NCBI GenBank assembly: GCA_964016885.1
Contig: OZ024746.1
Coordinates: forward strand, 36,332,001 to 36,396,000
Length of the DNA: 64,000 nucleotides
Direction: 5' to 3'
Source: Eledone cirrhosa
Lineage: Eukaryota
Shown: piece after piece, positions 49,421-64,000 of the stretch
Position numbering within the stretch: the stretch's first letter is position 1
How the letters are laid out: each line of letters begins with the position of its first letter
Translations under genes and position numbers: made by a program
Notes under the pieces: model-generated
Databases searched by the model: none
Seen by the model: the letters and a program-made list of their open reading frames with translations, nothing else
Told to the model about the DNA's origin: nothing

Positions 49421-49886
49421 CTTACGACGGAAATATATGAACTGCATGGATATTGATTAGATTGAGATAAAAGAATCGAATAGGTAAAAAATGTGTTTAG
49501 ATCACATACCGTTTAGTTAATTCATAATGGGACAGGCGTTTGGACTTGTTTTGGGAAAGTTTGATGGATGTCATGAAAATAATTAAGAAATCGTAAGTGC
49601 CTTATCTGTAATTTGTGCAGATCGATAAAAGTTATATGTTTCACTGTTAAATAAATAAATGTGTGTGGGTGGAGGGATAGAGAGACAGGAACAGAGAGAC
49701 AAGAATTGACAGATGGAAATATATATATATATAGCGAGAGAGAGAATAGAGGGAGCAATTAAGTAATGTTTGTTTTTCACATCTAATGGTTGTAAAATAA
49801 TGTATGATGAAGTATACGTTACTTGGCAATAACAACTAATAATAATAAAGTGATAATTGAAATACAACTAAGACACCGATTGCGTA

Positions 49887-49981
49887 GAAGAAGAAGAAGA
49901 AGAAGAAGAAGAAGAAGAAGAAGAAGAAGAAGAAGAAGAAGAAGAAGAAGAAGAAGAAGAAGAAGAAGAAGAAGAAGAAGA
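49887..49981. repeat. (AGA)n microsatellite
   Basis: Directly visible. Confidence 0.97.
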
Positions 49982-51334
49982 CCTTCCCATATGTTAGCAG
50001 TTACGCATACGTAGTAATTTAATTTGATATACTAAATTATTTAGTATTGAGAGAATATATGAGGAAAACGTAATTTCATTTGTGTAATGAAATATGAATA
50101 TGGAAGATGGACTGTTGCGTAGATGGAGCAAAAGTGTGAAATATTTGTTATGGAGATATGTAAGCGTGAAATGACAAAATGAAAATGAAAATTATAAAGA
50201 AATTAATTAAGAGATCACAACCTATATAACATAGCATTTGATACAAGGATCAATGAGGCATTACAAGTAAGAGAAAAATAATATTTTTTATTTAATCTTA
50301 GATTTCATTTTTACATTTTTTCTGCAATGATTTTGTTTAGATAAAAAATAATGAAGCTCAATAAATCCTAAGGCTGATCGTCTATGATAGAGTTTTAATT
50401 TAAGTCTACATAAGTTGATATAAACATTGAAAAAACTTTATTGTAAAATCAGCATTATTCCTGAAAGCGTACAAGGGGAATGAATTTAGAATGTAAATGA
50501 TTAACATTTTTTAATATATTTAAAATATATTTGGAGGTTTAAAATTCCAAATAAAATCTATTATGGTTCGTGTCAAATATATGGAATTGTTTTGTCATGA
50601 CATCTCTTCAAAGAACTGTCAACCGGTAATTACTGTTTACAGTTGCAAAAAGATGAAAGCATGTTTGTATTTAGTTAATTTGATTTAACATTTGCTATTT
50701 AATACATTCTAGGATTTAGCTAGGGGAATTATATAAAAATAAAATAGAATGTTAAATAAGAAACCAAATAACTCTTCATATACAATTACTATTAAGAATA
50801 ACATTTAAATATGTGAACAAGGTTTTGGATGATTGGAATTTTGCAATTTTAGATATGTGAAGGCTAGAAACACATGCCTATATTAAACGGAAGTTAAAGT
50901 AAAATAATGTTTACTTCATGGAAGGGCATTACTCCTTATATTAGAATGGTTATTCCGTCTTTGTTAGGATATGTTTAAGCGATTGAAGAAATGGCATAAT
51001 TTTTAAGTGAATTCTGAAAAAAGAAAGGAATAAATACGGTTAATGCTGTCTAGCGGTTAAACACAGAAGGGATAATCACTTATATTCTAGGGTTTTATTT
51101 CAGTTAAAATGTCATGTCTTAAATAAACCGTTTAGTTTGTATTTAAAATTCCATTTTTCTACCCACTAGGAATAGAATATTGTGCCAACTATTGTTGACA
51201 TATTATTAATCCGGTATATGTGTTTTAGTGTATTATGAAGAGGAAAACATGTAACTTTAGATCTCTTAAACTCGTCCAGTGGGCTGTACATCATAAACGT
51301 AAAGACTTGTAACGAACGTCCTGTGTATATAAGT

Positions 51335-51512
51335 CGGCAGTATCGATAGAGGGTCGGACGCTATGCTTCCCAGCATAGTTAAGTCCCTTTACGGTCTGAG
51401 TTCAAATCCCGTCGAAGTTAACTTTAATTTCCATCCTTACGGGGTCGATAAAATAAAGAACCAGTAATGCACCGGGTATTTGCTGTCCTTGTGCCAACGG
51501 TAGAAACAATTA
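51335..51512 (+). mobile_element. tRNA-derived Meta-domain SINE
   Basis: A and B boxes, Meta domain and tail. Confidence 0.88.
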
Positions 51513-52962
51513 TAATGTCCACATCTCTCAGTTGATTAGAATATTATCATCATCATCATCAACCATAATCATCATCGTTACCGTTATCATCATTTAATCA
51601 AACACCTCCTTTCTAATGTACAACAATCTTCAGTAGTAGTGGCATCATTTTAAACACAACCATCATTTATACAAAAAATATTATCAATATTGTTTCTTTT
51701 CTTTTTCCTCATATTGCTTTCATTTGTATTAGTAGTAATCTTGCTATAGTTATTGTTGCTATAGGTTCTTGTGTTCTTTATATAATTTGTTATTTATTTT
51801 CTTTCCGAATTGAAATATTTTTCGGTTGATTGTCAATTTAAAACATTGTAAAATATTTGTTTTTATATGAATTTAAATGTAACATTATTCCCATAATGCA
51901 GTAGGTGAAAATATATATTTGCTTTTACCATCAATATTATCGCCACCATCATGCAACGCCCCATTAAAAACATCATCATCTTAATCATTATCTCTATCAA
52001 CATCATCGTCGCCCCGCTTCTCGACGTCGTTGTCATCATCATTATCACCATCTTCAACAACAGTATCATAATAATCATCATTTATATCATTCTGAAAAAA
52101 GCCAGAAGCTTCATTATCTGTACCTGATTATTATGATTACGTGCAGTAGCAGTAATACTTTGTAGTAGTAGTAGTAGTAGTAGTGGTAGTAGTAGTAGTA
52201 GTATTTAGTAGTAGTAGTATTAATATGAAAAATGTTTGAAGTTAATGTAACTTCTGGTGATGATGATGAATAATCAATTGATGCTGTTAACGCTAATGCT
52301 AGTGACTCTAAGGATGGTGTTGTCGGGAGGGGAACGATAGATAAAACCTGGATGTCCGTGGTTGTTCTTATTTTAGTTCGATTTGCCTCTAGCATTTATA
52401 TTTTAGCTTCTTGTTTACATTACGCTTTCAATAAGATATTTCTTTTTGTTGTGTTTATCTTAAATTTTAAATTTTATTTTCAGTTGTCGCCTATTTTTTT
52501 ATTACTTTCATCGTTATTTTTATTGAACTTTTTACCTTTTATTTATAATTTTAAACATTCTCCAGCAATATTTATCTGTTTACAGAGTGTGTTCACACGT
52601 CCACGCCGATGCTCCATCTTATCAATAATTCAGCATATTTCTGTCAAAAGCGTTAGACATTCGTTGAACAGATATTTTTTTAATTATTATTTCTAAGTCT
52701 TCTTTTCTTCGATTTATACCCTTAACGCATTTTATTCTGACTGTTGTAATTGCTGCCATAGTTACAAAATATGGGAATGTGTATATACATGTGAATTCGT
52801 TCCTGTGTATATACGTGTACTTGATCACGATTCTGTTTTCTTTATTTATTTGGAGCCGAATCTACTTTACTACACAAACTTTCTGTCACTCAATTTATAA
52901 TCTTCTCCTTCAAATTCGTCTTGGTATTATTGATCTAAGTTAATTTTCTTTACCGTGTTTCG

Positions 52963-53041
<79 letters not shown>

Positions 53042-54399
53042 GCACACATAGAAACAGACACACTCACTCAGACACTCATCCACAAAAAACGTATATATAT
53101 GTATATATATAAATACATGCGCGTGTTTGTTCCTGTGTGTGTGTTTATGTGGATATGTTTCTTTACCCTTAATTTTATTTATCTTATGTTTTTAAAAGAG
53201 AGATATTTTAGATTTAACGTGTTTAATTCATGATTTGTCAGATGAAATACTTAATTATTTCATTTTTTCTATATTCTAATGTAGGCATTTCCATTTTCTT
53301 TAGTCCCATATTTAATTTAGCTTTCCGGATTAAACGTTTTACAATATATTGCTTATTAATGCCACCGTTTATCAGGCAACATACACATTTTATGGTTGTG
53401 ATTTCACATTTCTTTGAAATAAGCAATCTCGTAGTGTACACTGTCTATTAATGCTTTTATAAATACCTGCCTAAATATCAAACATAAAAACCTATATCTG
53501 GGCATGAAACCTGTTAGAATCTGCAGCCATATAACTTTCATACAGTAAGTTCGTAAGGACAGACAATTTGATTATGAATTCGGAAACATGCTTCTCGTTC
53601 AAGACCACCTGTGCCTCAGGCTGTGCTTTATTATAATTTCTTCGAAGTATAGCAATAAATAAAGCGTATCGTAATAAAGGTGAAACATACAACAGCATGA
53701 ATTTATTTAACATTGATCCGCTTAGAATGTAATTTATATTGAACTAATAAAACATAATGTCGATTATTATTTTAAATTCAAAGATAAACGTTTGCATTTC
53801 ATCAAATCTGACGCAAACTTTCTGAATTTATATTGGTTCTTATGATTTATCAGGTTTAACAACTTTGTACAACTTGTCATATCAACATTCACTTTGGGAA
53901 GGTTACCATTTCTCGTAGATTTTGCTGTCGTTTCCACCAAAGAGGATAATGGGCTCAATACCTCGTTGTGCGTTATGCGTACATAATATCGCGTTGTAGA
54001 TATATCTGAGTCATTGTAATGCGACCATGCTGTAAGGCAAACATTGTGTTTTGCTCTATCATATTAGTCACCGAAATTATATATTTATTTAGCCAGTGCT
54101 GCAGATTTGCAAAGCCTTGGACTTTTTAACAGAATGGGTCTGTATATATATACAATCTTTCTTTAAAAGGTTAAATGTGGCTCTTCTACATACTTGTATG
54201 TCCTTAGGCTTGTTGTATTTCTGCACTACTACACGATATTATTATTCATGACTACACGATAGTTTTGACTTCAGTTACATTGTACTAATTCAGGTCGGTT
54301 AAATAATTGTTTCCCTCCAGATAAGTAGGGTAATGTTTAATGGGCGTGAGGGATGTGATATGTATGGACGTTGTTTACTCAAGCTGTCGTTGTTAATAA

Positions 54400-54960
54400 T
54401 ATTGTCTTTGTAGAGTGTCGAACGCCGAGTGGAAGACAGAATAGTTCCTCGAGTTGAGGTTCGCATATCATTACTGCTGTTGCTGGGAAGGGGGGCTTAT
54501 TGCTTAACCTTGCTATGACTTTTTCCAGTTGGCAGACGTAGAGTATGAACATCGCAGAGAGCTTCTAATTAAGAGTTTGTGTTACCAATATGGCGGTGGA
54601 AATTGTTTATCTAATAATCTAAGTAAAGTAGTGGGTAATGTAGTCTTAACTAAGAGATTATCTGAAAGATTATAGCGGAGGTATGACCTTGTGAGGGATT
54701 TTCTGGGTGGCTTTCCAGCTAGAGAACTTTTCGACAGTTACCAGTTACTTCATATCCTATGATCCCCAAATCTATGTTCGTGGAGGTAATATTTCCACAT
54801 GGATTACGACGGAGTGTACAAGGCGTTTTCCTCATAGTTACGTGTGCTTTCTGCTATTGGTGATGATTTTCTCGTTCAACTGTTTTATTAGTAATGTTTT
54901 CTATTCCATCCTCATAACCAGCTTTTGTCAGTGCCGCATTTTCGTAGTCCACTTGTGCAT
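54400..54960 (-). mobile_element. Possible highly degraded Penelope GIY-YIG region
   Basis: Minus strand YVCQLEKVIA and LNSR.EL resemble C.LC..EK..I and LN.R.EL. Weak similarity. Confidence 0.35.
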
Positions 54961-55039
54961 TAACTGAATACATGTTTGATGATAATTTATACGGAATTAA
55001 TCTGAGAGTTTTTGGAACATTTTACTATACTCGAAGATT

Positions 55040-55800
55040 TAATATGAACCGCGTTAAATGGAAAGCATTCTATTTCAAATCAGAAAGAACAATGCTAAAC
55101 CACAACCAGATTTATGGGAGTATTAATAATTTTCGATTTAAATCCTATAAGATTCCACATAATGCACATCTATAGGCCTCCGAAACAGATCTAATGGATT
55201 TGGCCAGCAACATTAAATCTGACATTCGGTGACACTGAAGTAAATTCCAGCAAATTCTCCAGTTAATTATGGACAGACTTTGCAAAGCGGAAGGAATAAT
55301 CATTCGATCTGACAAAAAGGCATAATCTACTCCCTTGACATAACTACGTATGGAAGCTTTATTGTTAAGTAATTAAAAAAGCGAGTGTACAATCTACCAT
55401 TAGTAATATCAACAATGAGTTACTAGCTACAGTAAATAGATTAGGTCTAGCTGACCAAACGGAACCATTCTAGCCTAGACAACCAATAATTGTTTTACTT
55501 TAAAATATCATACCGTTAACTTCTAATGCAACATGTCTATAAGACAGGTCAATCTAAATCATACATATAACGTCTTTGTAATAGTTTACTTGTTAGAATA
55601 TTAATTCAAATAAGAAATGGATTATCAATGAAATTCTGGAGCAATACTCATTAGGTAATTGACTTGGTTAGTAAGACAGAGGACAAACAAGCATCCAACT
55701 TTATACAGTTTCACATTGACGGCTGTTATTCATCTAATTTACCTGTTCTTCTGAACCAGGCCCTTGCTTTAGTTATTGCCAACTCCAGCTTATATAATAA
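55040..55800 (+). mobile_element. Degraded Penelope-like reverse transcriptase N-terminal remnant
   Basis: Collinear frameshifted motifs E.DL.DLASNIK, SKFQQ, RSDK...IY, FTLKYH..NF, W.NT..VI, FIQFHIDGCYSS, LLNQAL, matching the Penelope pattern ADKT.N.Y / FITLKDHK.NF / FIQFDI..FYPSI. Confidence 0.65.
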
Positions 55801-56547
55801 ATCTTACACGGATCTGTGATACAATGTATTAAAGAGGAATAAAATATAATGTGGTATGACTTCGTTTTGCTTGAACACTAATGTGCAGTACATGTACGTT
55901 TTATTGTATATTTGTTGCTAAATAACTGCTTATAATTTGTATGAATATAATTTCTTATACTTCATAGTCAACGTGCAACGAAAATATATTCCGGAACTAT
56001 GTAACTTGTTTCAAAGTTTTATTTCTGAGAATAGTTGTGTTTTCTCTGTTCATACTTGTAGCGATGATTGACGTGAGTGAACACGTATTGACATCTTTAG
56101 ATATCTCCCTTCTTTAAGTGAGAAATAGACAGCTTTTGTCGATTGGTTTGGCCCGTCGACAAATATTCCAAATGTATCAACAAAGTTAAAGAAAAATCCG
56201 TCTTAGAGGTTGGCATAATAGAGCAGGTGGCATCGCTAAGAAACTCCGTCTATATATGTTATCAGCTTCACTGAATATATCACAAGCAAAATTATTTGTT
56301 CGATTATTAAACTGCGTTCCATGAAGTATATACCAGAAACATATGTCACAAACACATCGACACAACAATACGTAATGTAACACTGTGTAATACTGTGTAA
56401 TACTGTGTAACACGGTGTAATACTGACTTGGGAAAGGGAAATAAACATGGAAGTGGCATAATTATATATGGGAACATATACGTTACAATATTAAAACAGT
56501 GACAAAAATCTAATCAAAGCAAAAAATCAATATTATTACAATAGAAG

Positions 56548-56740
56548 GGGTTGGATTGGCAGTATCGGTAGATGGTCGGACGCCCCATTCTTTGACGCAT
56601 AGAATTACGGCCCTTGCTATTCTGATTTCAAATCCCGCCGAGGTTAACTTTGCCTTTCATCCTTACGGGGTCGATAAAATAAAGTACTAGTAATGCACTG
56701 GGTATTTGCTGGTCTTGTGCCAAACGTATAAACAATTATT
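56548..56740 (+). mobile_element. tRNA-derived Meta-domain SINE with 15-bp TSD
   Basis: ATTATTACAATAGAA at 56532-56546 and 56735-56749. Confidence 0.92.
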
Positions 56741-57869
56741 ACAATAGAATGTGTAATAATGCCCCGAACACGAAGAGAAATAATACCAAAAATATATAGA
56801 ACAATATGAGAGTATGCAAAACTTCAAAAAGAAGTTACAATATCAATGTTAAAAATAAAAACATAAGATCCACAATAAAAGTCAGATAACAGTGACAATA
56901 ACAAATATACAAACACATGTTACATGTATAAGGAAGATGTCATACTACGGACTCAACATATGTATAACATGTAAATTTCTATTTCGCACATTCACAGCCT
57001 TGTGAAATGGCCAATTCAAAGACATGGCAAAACTTCATCTCACTTGATTGAGGCAGATTTTCTGTCGTTTCTTATGTAAGGGATGCCATCCAATGGTCAC
57101 CTGTCCATCGTCTACTAGAATAATTGTGCATAGATGGCACAGCATGTTGTGGCCATTGATAGATATACATAAATTTAAAGGTGAGATGGATATAAATGTT
57201 CATATACGCCAAAATATTATCGTCGAAGTTTGTCAGGCCAATCAATTTCGAAGCCCATCTTCTTGACAGATATGCATCCTAGGGCCGAGTGAAGACCGGA
57301 CCACACCTAGCCAGGTAATCAGAATGATCTCAGGCCTTTAGTGCGCAAATATAATCCAGCAATGCATTTGGTGGAAATAGCACTCGAGCGGGCTAAAAAA
57401 ACCGAGTCGTGGCTAATTACGGAGATGCTCATTGAGGAAATGTACATGTAGCACGTAATTAACTGGATAATCTGTGCAGGAGTACATTCGATCCAGTGAC
57501 TATAGATATCATCCTAAACCCACTGATCTGCATTTCTACCGGAAAGTATTGCCTATTCGAAAGTAACGCCATGTGAATAGGAATTTTGCTAGTTCTTGTG
57601 ATGACATTATTCTGCATGCGTTCGTACATTGTTAACATGGAGTTTTGTAAAACATCTGTGTAAGACAGACCTAGCGTTTCGCAGATTCCATTACAATTAT
57701 CCCACCACCAACACATTCGTGACTCGGCGGAAAAATCAGTGAAGCCGCCTCCCTTCATTGTGTTATGTGCTAATGTGCAATTCTTTTTATTATCCTCCAT
57801 TTTACATATGTAATTATTTTTATTTGCGCCTATATTAGAATGCATTATTATAATTAGTATTAATAGTGT

Positions 57870-58285
57870 CGTAGATTGGCCTTATTGGTAAACATCATAC
57901 TTTGTAGCATAGAGTTATGTTTTGAGTTCAAATCCCGCCTAGGTTAGCTTTGCCTTTCATCCTCACGGGGTCGATAAAATAAAGTACCAGTTACCTTCTG
58001 GTCTTGATTTAATCAACTTTCCCCTTCCGCAAAATCTGGCCTTGTGCCTAAATAAGAAACTATCATTATTATAATTAGGGTGTTGTATTGACAGTATCTC
58101 AAGAGCGCGAGGCACTATTCATTACGTCAATAGCTACGGCCTTTAAATCATGTCAGTGTTAGCTTTGCCTTTAATTATAACGTTATCTATAAAATAGCGT
58201 ACCAGTAAAGTACTATGGTCGATTTAATTGACTTTCCCTTCCTCGACAACCGGTAGGAATGTGCCTTAATCATACACGATTATTA
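57870..58285 (+). mobile_element. Two tandem older SINE copies with a longer 3' part
   Basis: B box and Meta domain at 57922-57990, then GATTTAATCAACTTTCCCC insert. A second, more decayed copy at 58080-58285. Confidence 0.7.
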
Positions 58286-58829
58286 TTGATCTTGTACTTC
58301 TATTCTCTGTAAATCAGCACCTCCCCTTGTTTGTTTTGTATTTCGTTAATCACGATTCCTCCAAAACGTTGTTGCTCAGTAGGCAATACAAGTCATTACA
58401 ACTTCATGTTTGTAGTAGTAATACATTTATAATTACTTCATGAATTCTTCATTAAAATCATTAAACAAATATTGACGCTTCCTTTCGATTTATTTCGTGA
58501 TGTGTATTGATTGTAAAATGCTAATAGTATTTTTACATTTAATTTTAGAAGTACACTCACTATGTGAAAACAAATACTGATTGCATAAATGATGTTTTTG
58601 AAAGATAATCTTTTTTATTGACTTACTATTTTCGTGACAAGTGTTTGCATGTTAGTCAGCTGTACAATTCTCCTCTTTATTTCATTGTGGTTTGATCGTG
58701 TTTACCACCTGTTCTTTTGTGTTAAATCGTTTATATATATTTTTATTATTTATATGGAACTCTGAAAATTACATGTTCATTCAGTATCCTGCATTTAGTG
58801 TTCCTATTTTTCTCTTTATTATTACAGGT

Positions 58830-59014
58830 CGGTGAATTGGCAGTATCGGTAGAGGGTCGGACATGCTTTCCAGCATAGTTACGTCCCCTTACGACCTGAG
58901 TTCAACTCCTCCGGAGGTTAACTTTGCCTTTCATCCTTACGCGATCGATAAAATAAAGTACCAGGAACGTACTGGATAATTTCTGACCTTGTGCCAAATG
59001 TAGAAACAATTATT
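58830..59014 (+). mobile_element. tRNA-derived Meta-domain SINE with 12-bp TSD
   Basis: ATTATTACAGGT at 58818-58829 and 59009-59020. Confidence 0.9.
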
Positions 59015-61861
59015 ACAGGTTAATGGCATCTGGAGTTTATCATTTATGTACATATTGGATTATATCTATACAACCGTTCATGCGTATCGAGGAAGTTGAA
59101 ATTTAACGGGAATAATCATGATTGAAAATGGGTTAAACCTAATAAATCTGGTCAATTTATTATAATATTCAAGGCGAATAAATAGGTTCAAGTTTACCAG
59201 TGCTACAAGATGTATCGAAATATAGGCCAGATACTTAATGTTAACAATGATGAAATACAATATCTTTTATTCAGAAATTATTCAGAAATACTAGTAATTC
59301 TGTTTAGTAAACGTGAGAATATCTATTCTAAGGCATAGTCTGTAAATTATTTGGTATATGCATTGTTGTGTATGGTTCTTATTAAGATAGACATATAAAT
59401 CAGGCGATCAAAGTATTTTTAATTAAAACATATATTGGGGTAAGCATGATAGCGTTTTGTTATATCTATATGAAATTTACAACATTTCTGAACGTTGCTT
59501 TATAGAAAATACTCTAAACAATATAATGTACTATCAGCTGGCCGAAACTCTATATTATTTTAATGTTCTGATTCATAAAAAAAATATAAATTAATTGGAA
59601 ATATAATGCGCATCAGGAACTTATACCAATAACTTTGGCCATCTTATTTCGATGCCGATCCGAAGGACGTATCGTATTCGATGACCTATATGCGTGTGGT
59701 TTTTAAACAGCACATCGTTTGAAAATAATGGACCGTTTTTCAGCAATTATATTTGAATTGATACAGTTGAATTGATAGATTTGCATATTACAAAAACAAA
59801 AATCAACAAGTTTGAAAGAGATACCTTTTAATGCCAATGGATGCGAGGAGCAAATCCTCTGGATTGGACTATTAGCTCTATGAGATATGTTAGATATGTT
59901 CACAAACCCGATTGGAGGATTGATGACTTATCCACAAATATAATTATTGCATGCTATTCATCGTAGTGTGAATTGATAATAAAGTGTTTTTGATTTCCAC
60001 TGATACCAATGAATCAAATTTGAACTTTAAATAAGGACAAACTTTAATAGTTGGCTGCTCCTTTTAGTGCAGCTTGTTTTGAACCATTTTATAGAATCGG
60101 GGTTTTAGGCGGCAAATATAATAGACATCTATTAGAACATCTTGTCCTATCAAGTGTCTAATCTTTCTTGAACGCTATCCATATTAGGCCTTGAAAGGAC
60201 TTCTTAAGAAGCTACATCTCTGGTTCTGTATTTTGTACTGATGTGGGCTTTAGAGAGCAGTCTCAGTGTTTATATACTACAGCATGTTATTTTGTTTCAC
60301 GGGTAGTCATCATGTTTATTTGCTCGCAAAATCCTGTATGCAGAAAACTCTGTATTGACTTGGGAGCTGAGATACTGATATGTGGTTTGGCTGTAACAGA
60401 TATTTTCATTGCTATCATTAGTTTCTGTCGACCTTTGTCAGGGAGTATCTCCACATCGTGTAGCTGTATCGAAATTCGTACGAATATAAGACGTAGAAAT
60501 AATGATTCATATAGTGACTAAATCTACAACAGCCATGAAATAAGATATAAAGCAAGATTTATTGCTATCATTAATTCTGTACATATAATTCCAATGGGAA
60601 GACAATTGCCCATGTTTCTGAATGTGAGCAAAGAATGGTTACATAACAAAGAACTGCAAGGTTTTCTGTGTTATGCCTAATTCTAATTTAAATAGTAATT
60701 TACAACGAAATTGCATTAATCAAATATACTTTCTGAAGTAGCCAGAACAGGAGGGTGGTATTCTTGACAACCCTATTATTTAGTCATATATTCTACAGGT
60801 ATATAGGCATCTATAACGTTCATAACACCGTCCTTATTTTGGAATTTACATTTATTATCACATTAGGAATATGTTAATGTTTTCATATGAAATGCAGCTT
60901 GGGAGATAAAAACATGTATTCTTAGAGTATAAACATTAACCTTCCAGACATCAGTTATTCATACAAAATCCCTAATAATATCAGTTATCGACACTAACTA
61001 CATGCAGTTACATCTAACTATAGCATAGATATTGAAGAAGAAATATTAACAGATATACTGCTATGAACATCTCCCTTGAGAACAAGGAACACAGACATCT
61101 TGAAAGAACAGTAAAACTATTAAAGTACTGGATTAACGGAAATATCCCTTGTAATCAATAAACAGAAAATATATGACAATATTTCGTCAATAGTGGAAAT
61201 ATATCATGAGAATAAAATTTGGTAAGAACGCCATATTAACTAATGCTCACTCACGTTTGTTTCTTATGAGACAATAAACACACATGTACATACAATCTCT
61301 TATAGATATTTTGAGTTTCACTGTTATTGCTGTTAGACATGTGATTACAGTTTAATATGTTTCAATCGTTTCCATTCCGTGGTTTTCTGTGTTAGCATGT
61401 ACGAAATATGTAACTGATTAGTTCAATATCACGGTTATGTGTCTGGTCATTCCATATAACAGTGGTAACTTGCTTTTAAATTATTTCATTTAACTTCATG
61501 CATTCTCTAACATATTTCAACAGTACGCAATGAGTTGGATGATAAAGAAATTTACAATTGCATGTAAATAGTATTTAAGATTCACGATTTTAATATACTG
61601 AAACACAAGCAAACAAAATGATTTGAGAAAGAGGGAAAGAATAGCAATGATTGCTGTACATAGACAACGCCGGGGTTAGCTTTGCCTTTCATTTATAAGG
61701 GGTCAATGAAATAAATTACCAGTAACATAGTGGAGTCGATTTACACGACTTCCCCCTCTTAATCACCGTGTAACATATATTTGCTTCCCGGTTCTAAGTG
61801 TCATCTCCTGGTTTGTTATATCCCATTATTATAAAAAAACACTATTATTTAATCAGAAGTT

Positions 61862-62051
61862 GGTGGTGGATTGGCAGTATCGGTAGAGGGTCGGACGCCA
61901 TGCTTTCCAGCATAGTTACGTCCCTTTACGATCTGAGTTCAAATCCCGCCGAGGTTAACTTTGCCTTTCATCTTTACGGGGTCGATAAAATAAAGTACCA
62001 GTAATGAACTGGATAATTGCTGGCCTTGTGCCTAAAGTAGAAACAATTATT
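61862..62051 (+). mobile_element. tRNA-derived Meta-domain SINE with 18-bp TSD
   Basis: ATTATTTAATCAGAAGTT at 61844-61861 and 62046-62063. Confidence 0.93.
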
Positions 62052-62240
62052 TAATCAGAAGTTTGGGTTTGTGGTCAGGAGTTTAATATTACTTAATTTT
62101 CATATTTTTCAAGAATAAACACATTTTTTTTAATTTATCAGTTCATGTAATTAAATCAACAGAGAATTTATTTTATTACACAAGCTGATCAAAAGCAAAC
62201 AAGTAAAAACAAATAACACTTCTAAAGTAACTTATACACG

Positions 62241-63340
62241 TCAGAAATTACAGGATTTCCTGGATTTGCGGTTGTAGTCCAGGTCGTATTGCCGCACTAG
62301 CCCCCAGATATAGTCCCCCATCATGTTTTCATTGTATTGGCCCTGGTACCTCCGCTCTATCTCTTTCACATCTTGGTGGAATCGTTCGCCTTCTTCTTCT
62401 GAGTAGGCGCCCATATTGTCTTTGAATGTTTCCAGGTGAGCGTCCAGCATATGGAGTTTAAGCGACATCCTGCATCCCATGGCGCCAAAAGCTTTTATCA
62501 GATCCTGCACCAGTTGCGGGTAGTTTTCAGCTCTGTAGTTGCCCAGGAAATCCTTAACAACTGCCTTGAAACAGTTCCATGCTGTTCTCTCAATCCTATT
62601 GAGCTTATTGGAGAACTCGGTAGACACAAACACCTTCTTTATCTCAGGTCCAACAAAAGTTCCACCTTTAATTTTGGCCTCAGATAACTTGGGGAAGAAC
62701 TCAAGAAGGTACTAAAAAGCAGCTGATTCTTTGTTGAGAGCCTTTATAAACTGCTTCATCAACCCCAACGTAATGTGCAGTGGTGGCATGAACACAATCC
62801 TGACATTAACCAGTGGCTCTCACATGACGTTCCGGGTCCCAACTACAAATTCTGTTCGCTGCTCCCACTTCTTTCTGTTATAGTGGGCAGAGGTGGCTCT
62901 GCTGTCCCAAAGGCAGAGGAAGCATTGGAATTTGATAAATCATCCTTGGAGTCCAAGCAGGAAAGCCACCATCTCGAAGTCTCCAATGATTTCCTAATTG
63001 TACTGGTTGTATTGCAGAGTTTCCAAGAGGACTTTCACACTGTAGTAATCTTCCTTCAGGCAGACTGAATGGGGCTAGGGGCAGTGTCGGGAACTTGCTC
63101 CCAGTGTGGAGGTGAAAAGCCTTCAAACTTTTGGTGGAGCTGTCTATAAATAGCCCCCCCCCCACCCCTCCTTGGGCACAAATGGCACCCCAATAACGTC
63201 AAACAGTCCAGGTACGTCATGGCAGAAGCAAAGGCCATCCCTAAGAGCGTAAAAGCCTGAGAAAGGTTCGTGTCGACTTGTCTGACTTGTCACCTCCACT
63301 TCCTCCTTGACCAAGTGCCACTGCTTCATCCTGGAGACGA
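62241..63340 (-). pseudogene. Chapaev3-like (CMC) DDE transposase remnant
   Basis: LFIDSS.KSLKA, MPPLHITLGLMKQFIKAL, AKIK.G.FVGP.I, FLGN.RA.NY, MSLKLH.L..HL..F, SEE.GERFHQD...E.RYQG. Frameshifted upstream of about 62900. Confidence 0.8.
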
Positions 63341-64000
63341 ATGCTTAAAACACAACTTACCCTTTATTCAGGATGCGAAAATCCAGTATTAATAACTCTC
63401 TTTAATCCACTTTTTAACAATTTTATACTTTATTGCACTTTTATTATCTTCTTCGGGTATTACTCTTTATTTTATACGTCTACCTCTGTGCCTTTTGACC
63501 GTCAATTCTGCTCGTAAAATTTTTCCAGAGGTGAGAAAGGCTCCCCATCTACAAATTATTGAATACTCCAACCACAATTATACATTTCGTAATGTACCCT
63601 CAACGTAGATAGATCCCCTAGACAGAGACCTAGAGGCTTTAAGATAAACATGAAGTACCTGGTCCATAAATCCTAAACAGAAAACATTGATAAAGATGAA
63701 CTTATTAGTCACATGTTGAAGGTGGTGTGATTAGGGAGAGTGATTAGATGAAAGTCGTTTTTTTCAGTAAATATCAAGCTATAGAAAAATCTAATTCGGG
63801 TGTAAATATTATTTACAGTAAAAATGCGGTCAGGAGTGTTTACAACCACCCTGCTATCGGGGTAGCATTAATCTAGACAAGGTTGTCAAATTGAAACTAT
63901 AATACTGCATTCCTAGATGTACTATACGTGATAAGACACGGGGAAATGATTGTCGATTGGATGGCTTACTTGGCGGAGGCTGATTGATTCCCATACGTAA

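Noticed and set aside
57459-57845. 128-aa minus ORF
   Set aside because: No clear homology; faint resemblance to a LINE post-RT region only.
60243-60521. Open frames on both strands
   Set aside because: No recognisable motif or paired splice sites.

Overview
AT-rich eukaryotic (metazoan) genomic DNA with very dense (TA)n, (CA)n, (GA)n and (ATT)n microsatellites. The microsatellite load and the tRNA-derived Meta-domain SINE suggest an octopod cephalopod; this is inference only. No host gene could be identified confidently, and nearly all short ORFs in the track are translated microsatellite or transposon antisense. Recognisable content is mobile DNA: about 15 copies of one tRNA-SINE; a 16-kb nested LINE cluster at (TAA/ATT)n tracts (three R4/Dong-type RLE LINE copies, one near full length with a single nonsense codon, plus young and old L1/Tx1-type elements); Penelope-like (RT + GIY-YIG) remnants; two mariner relics; two Helitrons; and a Chapaev3-like transposase relic. 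The most notable signal is non-coding. At least five unrelated repeat families inserted in (TA)n tracts, as tandem arrays or large head-to-head palindromes, each carry a type I hammerhead-ribozyme fold. One is canonical. Two have the compensatory U3-A8 core (UUGANAA). One has an A.A at the base of stem II. One has a conserved CAGAAGA core. These folds were read by eye and activity is untested.
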